DNA of 64,000 bases from an uncultured Bacteroidales bacterium (GTDB lineage: Bacteria > Bacteroidota > Bacteroidia > Bacteroidales > UBA10428). Shown here piece after piece: positions 1 through 9,568 of this stretch. The first letter of the stretch is position 1, and the number at the start of each line of letters is the position of its first letter. The translations under genes were made by a program, and so were the position numbers. The notes beneath the pieces were generated by a model. That model worked only from the letters and a program-made list of their open reading frames with translations, made no database searches and was not told where the DNA came from. The stretch is from positions 523-64,522 of the forward strand of contig CAZUBW010000004.1 in NCBI GenBank assembly GCA_964618645.1, in the 5' to 3' direction.

Positions 1-432
1 CTGTCGCAGGAACATGGCCTGTTTATTAAAAGCCGCTTAGGCCGCCAGCAATACCTGATTAAACAAACCCTCGGGAAAAATATCCTCCGTTTCGGATATT
101 GTGTTCATCCGGCAGTGGTAACCCCCGAAGCACACCCGGAGCAAGGCCCTGTTTGGGAATGGGTATACAATAACCAGGAAGCTGTTTACAATGCTGTTGG
201 CGCCAACCTCGACAAAGCGGGCGCCGGCGCCATGCGTAAGATTGCTGATGAAGACCTGCAAGAACTGGAGCAAATCTTCAGGGTTACCGGGGGAACGGCA
301 CTAAACGAAAAAATTGAAGCCTGCAGTCGCGTAAAAGCCATAGAACTGGGCATCCTAAACGAGCGCGGAGAGCCCGATATGGAAAAGTATTACGATTATG
401 TGAATAACGAAACCGAAGATCATGAGCCATGA
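1..432 (+). CDS. 3' end of an unidentified CDS entering from upstream (partial)
   Basis: Frame 1 is open from nt 1 to the TGA at 430-432. Its stop overlaps the ATG (422) of the next gene by 11 nt. I recognise no motif in the 143 visible residues. Confidence 0.5.
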   Translation: MSQEHGLFIKSRLGRQQYLIKQTLGKNILRFGYCVHPAVVTPEAHPEQGPVWEWVYNNQEAVYNAVGANLDKAGAGAMRKIADEDLQELEQIFRVTGGTALNEKIEACSRVKAIELGILNERGEPDMEKYYDYVNNETEDHEP

Positions 433-1483
433 AATAAAAATGCGTTGGAAGGAATACAACAAGCAAATTGCTGATAACGACTATTACTACCTGCGCAGTT
501 GTATCCGGCAGAATTTTTTCCCGGGAACGGAACAGGTTTTTCTGGATATCATTCGGAAAAATCTTGGCAAAAACATATACGACGATCCTAAGCACACCAC
601 CTGCACGGGCATTGGATACCATACCGACATTGTGCCTTACGACACTTTCCAGGTAATGGTAGCCCGGCAGTTTTCGTTGATGACCGAAAAAGGCTATAAA
701 AACGCAGCGGTATCATGTATTACCTCCTTCGGTGGCTATAACGAGGTTTTGCAAACCTGGAAAGAATTTCCCGAAGAAGAAGCCAGGGCACGTGAAAACC
801 TTTTCAAAGCAACCGGGCGCGAATTCACCATCCCGGAAAATATTGCCCACACGTGCGACATTATATATAAAAACAGAGATGCCATTGCGCAGCTTTCGCC
901 CTACCGCTTGATTAACATTAACACCGGCGAACCTTTAAAAATTGTGGACCACATAGGATGTCACTATGCCAAAAACTTTCCGGAAAAAGGCGTGGGTGGA
1001 GCGGAATTCACAAGTGTATTGTCCGGAATGGTTGAAGCCTGGGGCGGAAAAACTGTCGATTACCCCGAAAGGAGACATTGCTGCGGTTTTGGCTTTCGCC
1101 ACTACTTTATAAAAAACAACCGCAGCTATTCCCTGTCAAATTCAAAAATCAAATTCGACAGCATGGAACCCTATCAACCCGATGCTATCATTACCAACTG
1201 TCCAGGCTGTAACATGTTTCTCGACCGGTGGCAATATGCCCTGTCCCTGATCGAAGGCAAAACATATGGCGCAGATGGCAACGGTATACCAGTTCTGTCC
1301 AGCGAAGAAATGGCGGCCATACTCCTTGGCTATGACCCATGGAAAATTGGCCTGCAAATGCACCAGACCGATGTAGAACCCCTGCTGCAAAAGATGGGGG
1401 TCAGGTATAACCCGGGCGATAAATACAACGACAGCCTCGGCAGTCAAATAGGAAATCCGGCTTTTGTTGAATTCACAAATTAA
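422..1483 (+). CDS. HdrB-like CCG-domain protein (heterodisulfide reductase subunit B family)
   Basis: The C-terminal half has an intact CCG domain: GCHY...RRHCCGFGF...NCPGCNMF. The N-terminal half has a degenerate copy: SCIRQN...TTCTGIGY...VSCITSFG. Confidence 0.75.
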   Translation: MSHEIKMRWKEYNKQIADNDYYYLRSCIRQNFFPGTEQVFLDIIRKNLGKNIYDDPKHTTCTGIGYHTDIVPYDTFQVMVARQFSLMTEKGYKNAAVSCITSFGGYNEVLQTWKEFPEEEARARENLFKATGREFTIPENIAHTCDIIYKNRDAIAQLSPYRLININTGEPLKIVDHIGCHYAKNFPEKGVGGAEFTSVLSGMVEAWGGKTVDYPERRHCCGFGFRHYFIKNNRSYSLSNSKIKFDSMEPYQPDAIITNCPGCNMFLDRWQYALSLIEGKTYGADGNGIPVLSSEEMAAILLGYDPWKIGLQMHQTDVEPLLQKMGVRYNPGDKYNDSLGSQIGNPAFVEFTN

Positions 1484-1493
1484 TAAAGGGCAC

Positions 1494-2534
1494 ATGGAAA
1501 AACTGAAGCATATTGCCGTTGTCGGTGCCGGTATTGCCGGACTTGAGGCATCGTACCGGCTGGCCAATGAAGGCTTTCAGGTCACTGTTTTCGAAAAGGA
1601 GAACACCAGCGGAGGTAAGCTGAATAACTGGAGCAAACTGTTCCCTGATTTTTCTGATCCTAAGTCTGTTGTGCAAAACCTGAGGGAATTGAACAATCGT
1701 CCCGGCGTGAATTTTATTTATAACATGCCCATAACAACCATTGCAAAAAACAACGGCAAATTTGAGCTTTCCGATGGGCAAAAACTTAAGTTTTATGCCG
1801 ATGCGGTATTGCTGACCGCGGGATTTAACCTTTTTGATGCTACGCTGAAAGAAGAATATGGATATGGCATTTTCGACGATGTGATAACCTCTGCCGATTT
1901 TGAAAAATTGCACCAGCAGGGAAAGAAGCTGCTGACCAAAAAAGGAAAAGCACCCGGGCGTGTAGCCATTATCCATTGCGTTGGCTCGCGCGATGCAAAA
2001 ATCGGTAACACCTATTGTTCAAAGGTATGCTGTATCACAGGCATCAAACAGGCTATTGAAATAAACCGTCAATTACCGGAATGTGAAGTGTATAACTTTT
2101 ACATGGACCTGCGTTTATACGGATCAAAATTCGACGATCTTTATTTACAAGCCCAGAAAGAACATAAAATCCAGTTTATCCGCGGACGCCTGTCAGAAGT
2201 ATCAGAAGCCCCCGGGTCGGGGTTGCAGATTAAGGCCGAAGACACCTTATCGGGCAGACCCTTGCGCATGATGGTTGATATGGTGATACTCCTGGTGGGT
2301 ATGGAACCCTGCCACCTTGGAAAAGAAATGACAAAAAACAATCAGCTGCAACTTGATGAAAACGGCTTCTTCCGTGCTGCCAATCTTCATCAACAGCGCA
2401 ATTTTACCACCCACGAAGGTATTTTTATGGCAGGATCATGTATTTGCCCGATGCCGGTAAACGAAACCCTTGAAAATGCAAGATCAGCCGTTATGGCAAT
2501 CTCCGACTACCTACACCAAACAACAGCATTATGA
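1494..2534 (+). CDS. HdrA/QmoA-like FAD-dependent oxidoreductase
   Basis: Dinucleotide-binding motif HIAVVGAGIAGLEAS...FEKENTSGG and HdrA-type HCVGSRD...YCSKVCC motif. The ATG at 1494 is preferred over the tracked TTG at 1464, which overlaps the upstream gene. Confidence 0.75.
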   Translation: MEKLKHIAVVGAGIAGLEASYRLANEGFQVTVFEKENTSGGKLNNWSKLFPDFSDPKSVVQNLRELNNRPGVNFIYNMPITTIAKNNGKFELSDGQKLKFYADAVLLTAGFNLFDATLKEEYGYGIFDDVITSADFEKLHQQGKKLLTKKGKAPGRVAIIHCVGSRDAKIGNTYCSKVCCITGIKQAIEINRQLPECEVYNFYMDLRLYGSKFDDLYLQAQKEHKIQFIRGRLSEVSEAPGSGLQIKAEDTLSGRPLRMMVDMVILLVGMEPCHLGKEMTKNNQLQLDENGFFRAANLHQQRNFTTHEGIFMAGSCICPMPVNETLENARSAVMAISDYLHQTTAL

Positions 2535-2881
2535 GCGATCTGAGCTTTTTAAAAACATCCGACAGGCAGCTGAATTTCGAACATTACGATACACGTCTGC
2601 TTGACTACGTGCTTAAACACGAACCGTCATTCCTTACTTGCTTGTCGTGTGGTGCATGTACGGCAACCTGCAGCGCCGGAAACCTTGTGCATTTCAACGT
2701 TCGCAGGATAGGTCTTTCCCTGCGCAGAGGTGAAAAAGACTTACTTTCCAAAGAAATACAGAAATGCATGTTTTGTGGTAAATGCACACTGGTTTGCCCC
2801 CGTGATATTAACATTCGGAATGCCATACTGCTCATAAAAAAAAGAATTGCAGAATTGAATAACAACAAAAATCTGGAATAA
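2531..2881 (+). CDS. small 2x[4Fe-4S] ferredoxin, HdrC-like
   Basis: Two cluster motifs: CLSCGACTATC and CMFCGKCTLVCP. The start forms an ATGA overlap with the upstream stop. Confidence 0.75.
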   Translation: MSDLSFLKTSDRQLNFEHYDTRLLDYVLKHEPSFLTCLSCGACTATCSAGNLVHFNVRRIGLSLRRGEKDLLSKEIQKCMFCGKCTLVCPRDINIRNAILLIKKRIAELNNNKNLE

Positions 2882-2882
2882 T

Positions 2883-4709
2883 ATGGACAAACTGGTTGCC
2901 ATCCCATTTCTGGCAGGTCTGGCGTACTTGTGTGTTATCATACTGGCCAGGGGATTTAAATGGATCATTGGCCTATCAAAGCTCGATAAACTCAGGATGC
3001 TTAATCTGCTGAAAAACCGTGTTTTTCTTAAATCAACGGCAGAAGCATTTTTTGAAGGCTTGTTGCATCGCCGGATATTCAGGAAAAACCCTGTGTTGGG
3101 TTATATGCATATGAGCCTGGCATTTGGCTGGTTTCTGATCATTGTAATTGGACATGTTGAGGTAATGGTTGCGGAAAAATCCCTGCTCGTACCCTTTTAC
3201 AAGCCGGTATTTTTCAAATACTTCGGGGCCGGAACATCCTTTGCGCTCGAAGGCGTATTTGCTTTTGTAATGGATCTGCTTCTGCTTTTTGTCCTTACAG
3301 GCCTGTCATTGGCCATGATTAAGCGCTTTCAAAAAAAGTGGTTTGGCCTGACCAAAACAACACGGCTGAAGTCGGGCGACCGCATTGCCCTCACTTCGTT
3401 ATGGCTAATTTTTCCATTACGACTGGCGGCAGAAAGCAGCTCAGCCGCGCTTTATCATAACGGAAGCTTTCTGACGCAGACAGTAGGCAAGCTTTTTGAA
3501 AATTTCTACTGGCCGGAAACCCTGTCGTTAACGCTCTGGATAAGCTATTCCCTGGCCCTGGGTTTCTTTTTTGTTGCCTTGCCCAATTCAAGGTATATGC
3601 ACATTCCGACGGAAATCCTGTACATCTTTCTGCGGAATGCAGGAATCACCTTGAAAAACCGCTATAATACCTATGCCGATATCCAGGTGTTTTCATGCTC
3701 ACGTTGCGGAATATGCCTCGACCGATGCCAGTTGTCGGTAGCAGGCATCAACGACAGCCAGTCGGTTTACCTGCTGAAAAACATCCGTAACCACAATCTC
3801 AGTGATGAATTGCTGTTTAACTGTCTGATGTGCGGCAAATGTCAGAACGATTGCCCGGTGGGAATCAAGACCATCAGCCTGCGTACCATCCAGCGGATTG
3901 AATCCACGCTGCAATACAATTCTTCCTACGATTACCTGGGTGAAATGTCACTTCCCAAAGCTGATGTGCTGTATTTTGCCGGATGTATGACGCATCTATC
4001 CCCGGGTATTGTGGTATCCATGAAAAAGCTTTTTAAAACCGCCGGCATCAATTACCTTTTTGTCGATGAAGAAAAGTCGCCCTGTTGCGGCCGGCCATTA
4101 ATGCTTGCAGGCCAGTACGAAGCTGCTTCCAAACTCATTGAGACCAATACGGCAAATATGCTTTCCACCGGGGCTAAAACACTGGTCGTTTCCTGCCCCA
4201 TTTGCTATAAGGTATTTAAGGAAGATTATTCACTGGGGCCTATTCAGGTGGTTTTTCATGCCGATTATATCCTGCAGCTCATTGAACAACGTAAAATTGC
4301 TGTTACTGCAACCTCCCGTAATTATGTATACCACGATCCCTGCGAACTTGGCCGGGGCATGAACATTTATGAATCCCCCCGCCGTTTGTTAAGCAAAACA
4401 GGACATGTATTGAGTATCAAAAACGAAAAAGAAGACGCACATTGTTGCGGGGGCAGCCTTGGGAATCTCAAAATCACCCAACAAAACAGGAATATCCTGC
4501 GCGACCGTGCCCTGGACGACTATGTTGGTTATGCCCCCGATATATTGGTAACCGCCTGTCCCAAGTGTAAGAAAACATTCTCGGCAGGCCGGCAGCTCCC
4601 TGTGCTCGATATTGCTGAAATTGTTGTGCAATGCCTGGAAAAAAAGCCTGTTAACAGGCATACCGAAAGGATCCGTGAAAAGGAATTGCCGGCAGAGGTG
4701 GTAGTATAA
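2883..4709 (+). CDS. membrane-anchored (Fe-S)-binding oxidoreductase: HdrE/DsrM-like TM domain fused to an HdrD/DsrK-like catalytic domain
   Basis: About 5 N-terminal TM helices (TM2 = HMSLAFGWFLIIVIGH, H-x14-H). Two ferredoxin motifs follow (CSRCGICLDRC, CLMCGKCQNDCP). Then two intact CCG domains (GCMTH..PCCGRP..SCPICY; DPCELG..HCCGGS..ACPKCK). Confidence 0.8.
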   Translation: MDKLVAIPFLAGLAYLCVIILARGFKWIIGLSKLDKLRMLNLLKNRVFLKSTAEAFFEGLLHRRIFRKNPVLGYMHMSLAFGWFLIIVIGHVEVMVAEKSLLVPFYKPVFFKYFGAGTSFALEGVFAFVMDLLLLFVLTGLSLAMIKRFQKKWFGLTKTTRLKSGDRIALTSLWLIFPLRLAAESSSAALYHNGSFLTQTVGKLFENFYWPETLSLTLWISYSLALGFFFVALPNSRYMHIPTEILYIFLRNAGITLKNRYNTYADIQVFSCSRCGICLDRCQLSVAGINDSQSVYLLKNIRNHNLSDELLFNCLMCGKCQNDCPVGIKTISLRTIQRIESTLQYNSSYDYLGEMSLPKADVLYFAGCMTHLSPGIVVSMKKLFKTAGINYLFVDEEKSPCCGRPLMLAGQYEAASKLIETNTANMLSTGAKTLVVSCPICYKVFKEDYSLGPIQVVFHADYILQLIEQRKIAVTATSRNYVYHDPCELGRGMNIYESPRRLLSKTGHVLSIKNEKEDAHCCGGSLGNLKITQQNRNILRDRALDDYVGYAPDILVTACPKCKKTFSAGRQLPVLDIAEIVVQCLEKKPVNRHTERIREKELPAEVVV

Positions 4710-4720
4710 ATGATTGGCCT

Positions 4721-5476
4721 TTACTCCTGATCATTTGCCTTTTTTACCGCATGGGTAATTAACCTGATCATCCGGTTCTGGTTATCCCTTACAAGGTCTA
4801 ACTTCTCGGAAGGATTACCAGGCATATCATCCTGTCGCCACGAATCGTATCCGGTACAAAGCGACAGGGCAGCATAGGCTATTCCCAGCTCATTGGCCAG
4901 AATAGCTTCAGGTGCAGTGGTCATGTTAACCACATCGGCACTCCACAAACGATAAAGTCGCGATTCCGCACGTGATGACGATCTTTGTCCGTCGATGGAA
5001 ATTGTGGTTCCTTTGGTATGCACGGTAATGCCCTGAACAATGGCCGACTCGATAAGGTGATCCCGCAATTCTTCGGAAAAAGGTTCGGCCATGGATACAT
5101 AATTGCTTTCTCCCGGATTCAGCTCTTCGCGGATGCCGGTTACCGGCCTTTTGGTCATGTCGATAAACTGGTCGAAGATGATCACTTCGCCCGGGCATAT
5201 TTCTTCCTGCAAACTGCTGCAGGTTCCGGTGGCAATGATGGCATCGCAGCCAAGCTCTTTGAGGGCAAATAAATTGGCCCGGTAATTGATTTTGGTGGGG
5301 GGCAATTCGTGATTTTTGCCGTTACGGGCCAGATGTAAAACCTCATTCCCGTCGAGCTTCCCGCGATAGATCACTGGGTCGGGCTGCCCGAATGGCGTAT
5401 CCACAAATTCCTCCTTAACATCCGTAAGATAATCAGGCATGGCAAAGCCTGTTCCTCCAATAATGGCAATTTTCAT
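4721..5476 (-). CDS. mtnP: S-methyl-5'-thioadenosine phosphorylase (MTAP family)
   Basis: N-terminus MKIAIIGGTGF, and NYRANLFALKELGCDAIIATGTCSSL...PGEVIIFDQFID, typical of MTAP-type nucleoside phosphorylases. 4-nt overlap with mtnA. Confidence 0.85.
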   Translation of the reverse strand: MKIAIIGGTGFAMPDYLTDVKEEFVDTPFGQPDPVIYRGKLDGNEVLHLARNGKNHELPPTKINYRANLFALKELGCDAIIATGTCSSLQEEICPGEVIIFDQFIDMTKRPVTGIREELNPGESNYVSMAEPFSEELRDHLIESAIVQGITVHTKGTTISIDGQRSSSRAESRLYRLWSADVVNMTTAPEAILANELGIAYAALSLCTGYDSWRQDDMPGNPSEKLDLVRDNQNRMIRLITHAVKKANDQE

Positions 5477-6594
5477 TCGTTAACAGGGTTTAAATTTTCC
5501 GGAAATAGTGTAAATATACTTTTTTTGTCAGCATTTACTACGCCCCTTTCGGTAATTATACCGCTAACCAGGCGGGCAGGCGTTATATCAAAGGCATAAT
5601 TCGCAACCGGTACGCCCGGCGCAACAATATCAACACTGCAGGTCCTGCCTTCATAAAGGCCTTCAATAAAGCGTACCTCATCGCCATTGCGCTCTTCAAT
5701 GGGTGTTTCAACAGCGCCTTCTGACAAGTTCCAGTCGATTGTTGAAGAAGGCAATGCAGCGTAAAAAGGAATGTGGTTATCACGGGCCGCCAGCGCTTTC
5801 AGGTAAGTGCCAATTTTATTGCAGATATCACCATAGGGCGATGCCCTGTCGCTGCCGACAATCACCATGTCTACCATCCCCTGCTGCATCAGGTGTCCGC
5901 CGGTATTGTCGGCAATAACCGTGCAGGGTACGCCATGCTGGCTTAATTCCCAGGCGGTAAGTCGTGCTCCCTGGTTACGGGGACGTGTTTCATCAACCCA
6001 AACATGTACCTTAATGCCCCGATCGTGCGCCAGGTAAATGGGTGCGGTTGCTGTTCCGTAGTCGATACAGGCCAGCCAGCCGGCATTGCAATGGGTGAGG
6101 ATATGAACGGTATCTCCTTTCTTTTTGATACGCAACGCTTCAATGAGGCGAACACCATGTTGCCCTATTTTCAGGCAGTTTTCCCGCTCCATGGCTGTTA
6201 TGGCCAGTGCCCCACGACGGGCGGTTTCCACCGCTTCCTCCCTGGAACTAACGTTGCGTAAGTCATCTGCCAGCCTGTCCACCGCCCAGGACAGGTTCAC
6301 GGCCGTAGGGCGGGCCGATTTCAGGTATCCGGCCATGTCGCTGATGTATTGATGATCCACTTTTTCGCCGGCAGCATTTACCATGGCCAGGTACATTCCA
6401 AAGGCCCCGGCCGCTCCAATCAGCGGGGCGCCACGCAAATGCATATCGCGGATGGCCGTATACATTTCGGTTACCGAACAGATGTCTTCGGTTTCAAAAG
6501 CGAAAGGCAACAATCGCTGATCAATAATCTGAACAACTGCAGGATGCTGGTTGTTAATCCAAATAGTCTCAAAATGACGGCCATTAACTTTCAT
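5473..6594 (-). CDS. mtnA: S-methyl-5-thioribose-1-phosphate isomerase
   Basis: IDQRLLPF...AIRDMHLRGAPLIGAAGAFG and the C-terminal AFDITPARLVSGIITERG, characteristic of the MtnA/eIF-2B-related family. Confidence 0.9.
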   Translation of the reverse strand: MKVNGRHFETIWINNQHPAVVQIIDQRLLPFAFETEDICSVTEMYTAIRDMHLRGAPLIGAAGAFGMYLAMVNAAGEKVDHQYISDMAGYLKSARPTAVNLSWAVDRLADDLRNVSSREEAVETARRGALAITAMERENCLKIGQHGVRLIEALRIKKKGDTVHILTHCNAGWLACIDYGTATAPIYLAHDRGIKVHVWVDETRPRNQGARLTAWELSQHGVPCTVIADNTGGHLMQQGMVDMVIVGSDRASPYGDICNKIGTYLKALAARDNHIPFYAALPSSTIDWNLSEGAVETPIEERNGDEVRFIEGLYEGRTCSVDIVAPGVPVANYAFDITPARLVSGIITERGVVNADKKSIFTLFPENLNPVNE

Positions 6595-6635
6595 ATATAT
6601 GCGGAAAAAACATTTCTTTTGCAGAAAATAAAAAT

Positions 6636-7283
6636 ATGAAATTCGCGGGTGAAATTTACAACGGAAAAGAGAAAGTTAAGAACATCATTTTCGATTGGGG
6701 TGGTGTACTCACCGATCTTCACTTCGAAGCCACCAAAAAGGGCTTCCATCAACTGGGCCTTTCCATTTTTGATGAGTCGGTGCCCCACGATCCGCACGAT
6801 ACCCTTTTTATTCCCTTCGAAACAGGGAAAATAACCCCTGCGGAATTTCGAAACCGGATCCGGAACCTCACACCCCGGTCCCTTACAGATAATGATATTG
6901 ACGCCGCCTGGAATGCCATGTTGGGCGATCTTCCCATAGAAAGATGGCATATCCTCGAGAAACTGTCGGACCATTACCGGATTTTTTTGCTGAGCAATAC
7001 GAATGCCATTCATGTACCCTATTATTCGGGTGTATTAAAACAAAAATACGGAACCAACGGTTATGACCACCTGTTCGAAAAAACATATTTCTCCTATGAA
7101 TTGGGCATGCGAAAGCCCAATGAGGACATTTTTCAGCACGTAATTGACGATGCCCGGCTGCGTCCGGAGGAGACCGTATTTATCGACGACTTCCTCGAGA
7201 ATATCGAAACGGCCCGGAAACTGGGATTCGGAACCATTCACCTGAAGGCTCCGCTAACGCTTACCGACGTATTTACCGATTGA
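6636..7283 (+). CDS. HAD-superfamily hydrolase (subfamily IA-like)
   Basis: Motif I IIFDWGGVL, motif II LLSNTN, motif IV VFIDDFLENI. Confidence 0.75.
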   Translation: MKFAGEIYNGKEKVKNIIFDWGGVLTDLHFEATKKGFHQLGLSIFDESVPHDPHDTLFIPFETGKITPAEFRNRIRNLTPRSLTDNDIDAAWNAMLGDLPIERWHILEKLSDHYRIFLLSNTNAIHVPYYSGVLKQKYGTNGYDHLFEKTYFSYELGMRKPNEDIFQHVIDDARLRPEETVFIDDFLENIETARKLGFGTIHLKAPLTLTDVFTD

Positions 7284-7345
7284 AAAATAATGTTAACTTT
7301 TTGCCGTTAATTACGTTAATCAGAAAAAGAAAAATTAGGCCGAAT

Positions 7346-7813
7346 ATGATGAAAAATTTTTTACTCGCTGTAGTATTGCTTGCTGCCGTTACCACGGCCG
7401 TGGGCCAACCTGTAAAAGCCACCATAAGGCTGAAAGACGGGAAAACCATCGAAGCCTATCATTTTGGTAAGCTTGTATGCCAATCGAACCCGTATGCCGA
7501 AATCAAAACCATTCTGCGTGGCAAGTTTCACGATTCGCATATGGAAATCAGCGATTATAAGGACATTGCTAAACTGGCGCTGTCAGGCTTCACTGCCGCT
7601 CCGGTTCCCTCGGTAGGCAATCAGAAAGGTCGCATTACCGTTATTAAAAAGAATGGCGTGAGCGTAGATCTCGAAGAAGCCGAACTGGTGATGTCGTGTT
7701 TTAATCCGTCTGACAAGTACAACGAGATCCATGTGCAGGTAATCAACCCGCTCACCGACGAGAAAACAGATGTGGCGGTGGAGATGCGAAAAATCGAATC
7801 GATTACTTTTTAA
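7346..7813 (+). CDS. hypothetical secreted protein
   Basis: An ATG at 7346 gives the signal peptide MMKNFLLAVVLLAAVTTAVGQ. No recognisable domain. The tracked ORF starts earlier, at 7280. Confidence 0.5.
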   Translation: MMKNFLLAVVLLAAVTTAVGQPVKATIRLKDGKTIEAYHFGKLVCQSNPYAEIKTILRGKFHDSHMEISDYKDIAKLALSGFTAAPVPSVGNQKGRITVIKKNGVSVDLEEAELVMSCFNPSDKYNEIHVQVINPLTDEKTDVAVEMRKIESITF

Positions 7814-9423
7814 GCAGGTTCCTGCCAGTCGCCGTTTTCCCTGATCACCTTAATCAGTTCTTCAACGGCATCTGCTTCGGGAATTCCCCGTTTAACGACT
7901 TCCCTGGCTTTGTACAGGGTTATTTTGCCCTTGCCTGCGCCAACGTACCCGTAATCGGCATCGGCCATTTCACCGGGCCCGTTAACGATGCACCCCATCA
8001 CGCCGATTTTCAGTCCTTTCAGGTGTGAAGTAGCTGCTTTAATGCGGGCCAGCGTTTCTATCAGGTTAAAATTCGTACGTCCGCATGATGGACAGGCAAT
8101 GTATTCGGTTTTGGACATCCTGATCCGGCAGGCCTGCAATATACCCAATGCAACCGTATTGACCAGCGGCTGTGGCAGCTGGTACTCGTTGGAAAGCCAT
8201 AGACCGTCGCCAAAACCCTCGATAAAAGCACCCCCTACACCAACAGCGGCATGTAACATGAAATTTTCCTCATTTTTTTCCTGCAGATGAAGCCTGAAAA
8301 TTACAGGTACCCTGCATTGCGCTTCATCCAGTTGGTGCCGCAGCCATCTGAGTTCGTGCTGCACACTTCCTTCCGATGGTTCATAAACCAGCACGGCTAA
8401 AGGATCTGTTTTCAATGTGCCTGATAATGCGCCGGCAATTGTTTCATGAGTTGCCTTAACAAGGTTGATGGCACTGTCAATTTCATCGTATCCGAAAACA
8501 ACAGGAGGAAGGTTACCGCCAATATTACCGGTTTTGCGTGTAAGCCTTCGGTTATAATTTATTTGTCCCTTGTTTGGGATACCCGTATTCGCTTTCCCTG
8601 CTGCTGTAGTCACAAAATCAACCAGTTTACGGGCAACAGGTATCTCCGCCTCAGGGTCTTCGGTTAAGGAAACCCTGATGGTATCGCCCAGCCCGTCGGC
8701 CAGTAAAGTGCCTATACCCACAGCCGATTTGATCCGGCCATCCTCTCCTTCCCCGGCTTCGGTCACCCCCAGGTGAAGCGGAAATTGCAGATCTTCCTGG
8801 TCCATAAGGTCCGCCATCATGCGGGTACTCTGTATCATCACCCGCACATTGCTCGATTTCATGGACACCACCACCTGGTCGAATTTTTTTTCCCTGCAAA
8901 TACGCAGAAACTCCATGGCCGATTCGGTCATGCCTTCGGGTGTGTTGCCATACTGCTCCATTATTCTTTCGGAAAGGGAACCATGGTTAACGCCAATTCT
9001 GATAGCTGTTCCGCTGGCACGGCATATATCCAGCAAATCATAAAATTTCTGCAGGTTGTTAAAATTTCCGGGGTTAATCCGCACCTTTTCCACATGCGGA
9101 GCTACTTTTATGGCAATATCGGGATTAAAGTGCACATCGGCAATGAGGGGTGTAGTATATCCCTTGTCCCGCAGTAACTTTTTTATGGCCGCGACAGCCT
9201 CCACATCACCTGCAGAAGGCACTGTAAACCGTACATACTCCGCGCCGGCCTTGATAATGTTTATACACTGCGCTACACTGCCATGGATATCACTGGTAGC
9301 GGTATTGGCCATCGATTGAATTCTCACCGGGTGGTCACTTCCCACGGGCACACCGCCAATGTTAACGGTAACCGTCTTTCGTCTGCTTAACAGCACATTT
9401 TCATCATGCCGGATCATGGACAT
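7810..9423 (-). CDS. ispG: 4-hydroxy-3-methylbut-2-en-1-yl diphosphate synthase (long, insert-containing form)
   Basis: IRIQSMANT, IADVHFN, RINPGN, ACPSCGRT and GCIVNGPGEMADADYGYVG motifs. The 537-aa length is typical of the Bacteroidota/plant-type enzyme. Confidence 0.92.
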   Translation of the reverse strand: MSMIRHDENVLLSRRKTVTVNIGGVPVGSDHPVRIQSMANTATSDIHGSVAQCINIIKAGAEYVRFTVPSAGDVEAVAAIKKLLRDKGYTTPLIADVHFNPDIAIKVAPHVEKVRINPGNFNNLQKFYDLLDICRASGTAIRIGVNHGSLSERIMEQYGNTPEGMTESAMEFLRICREKKFDQVVVSMKSSNVRVMIQSTRMMADLMDQEDLQFPLHLGVTEAGEGEDGRIKSAVGIGTLLADGLGDTIRVSLTEDPEAEIPVARKLVDFVTTAAGKANTGIPNKGQINYNRRLTRKTGNIGGNLPPVVFGYDEIDSAINLVKATHETIAGALSGTLKTDPLAVLVYEPSEGSVQHELRWLRHQLDEAQCRVPVIFRLHLQEKNEENFMLHAAVGVGGAFIEGFGDGLWLSNEYQLPQPLVNTVALGILQACRIRMSKTEYIACPSCGRTNFNLIETLARIKAATSHLKGLKIGVMGCIVNGPGEMADADYGYVGAGKGKITLYKAREVVKRGIPEADAVEELIKVIRENGDWQEPA

Positions 9424-9443
9424 CTATTAAAGTTTATTTGTTG

Positions 9444-9451
9444 CAAAGGTA
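9444..9451 (-). promoter_or_regulatory. Bacteroidota -7 promoter box (TACCTTTG) upstream of ispG
   Basis: The minus strand reads TACCTTTG, then 20 nt, then the ispG ATG (9423). This matches the TAnnTTTG consensus. Confidence 0.65.
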
Positions 9452-9568
9452 GGAAATGATTCGTTTTGATCGGACGGAACATTATCCTTTTGATTTAACA
9501 CTGAGTCATTCCACCCAGATAAAGCAACTAAAATCCAGCAGGCGAAAGCTGTCTTAAAGACTTCTCCA

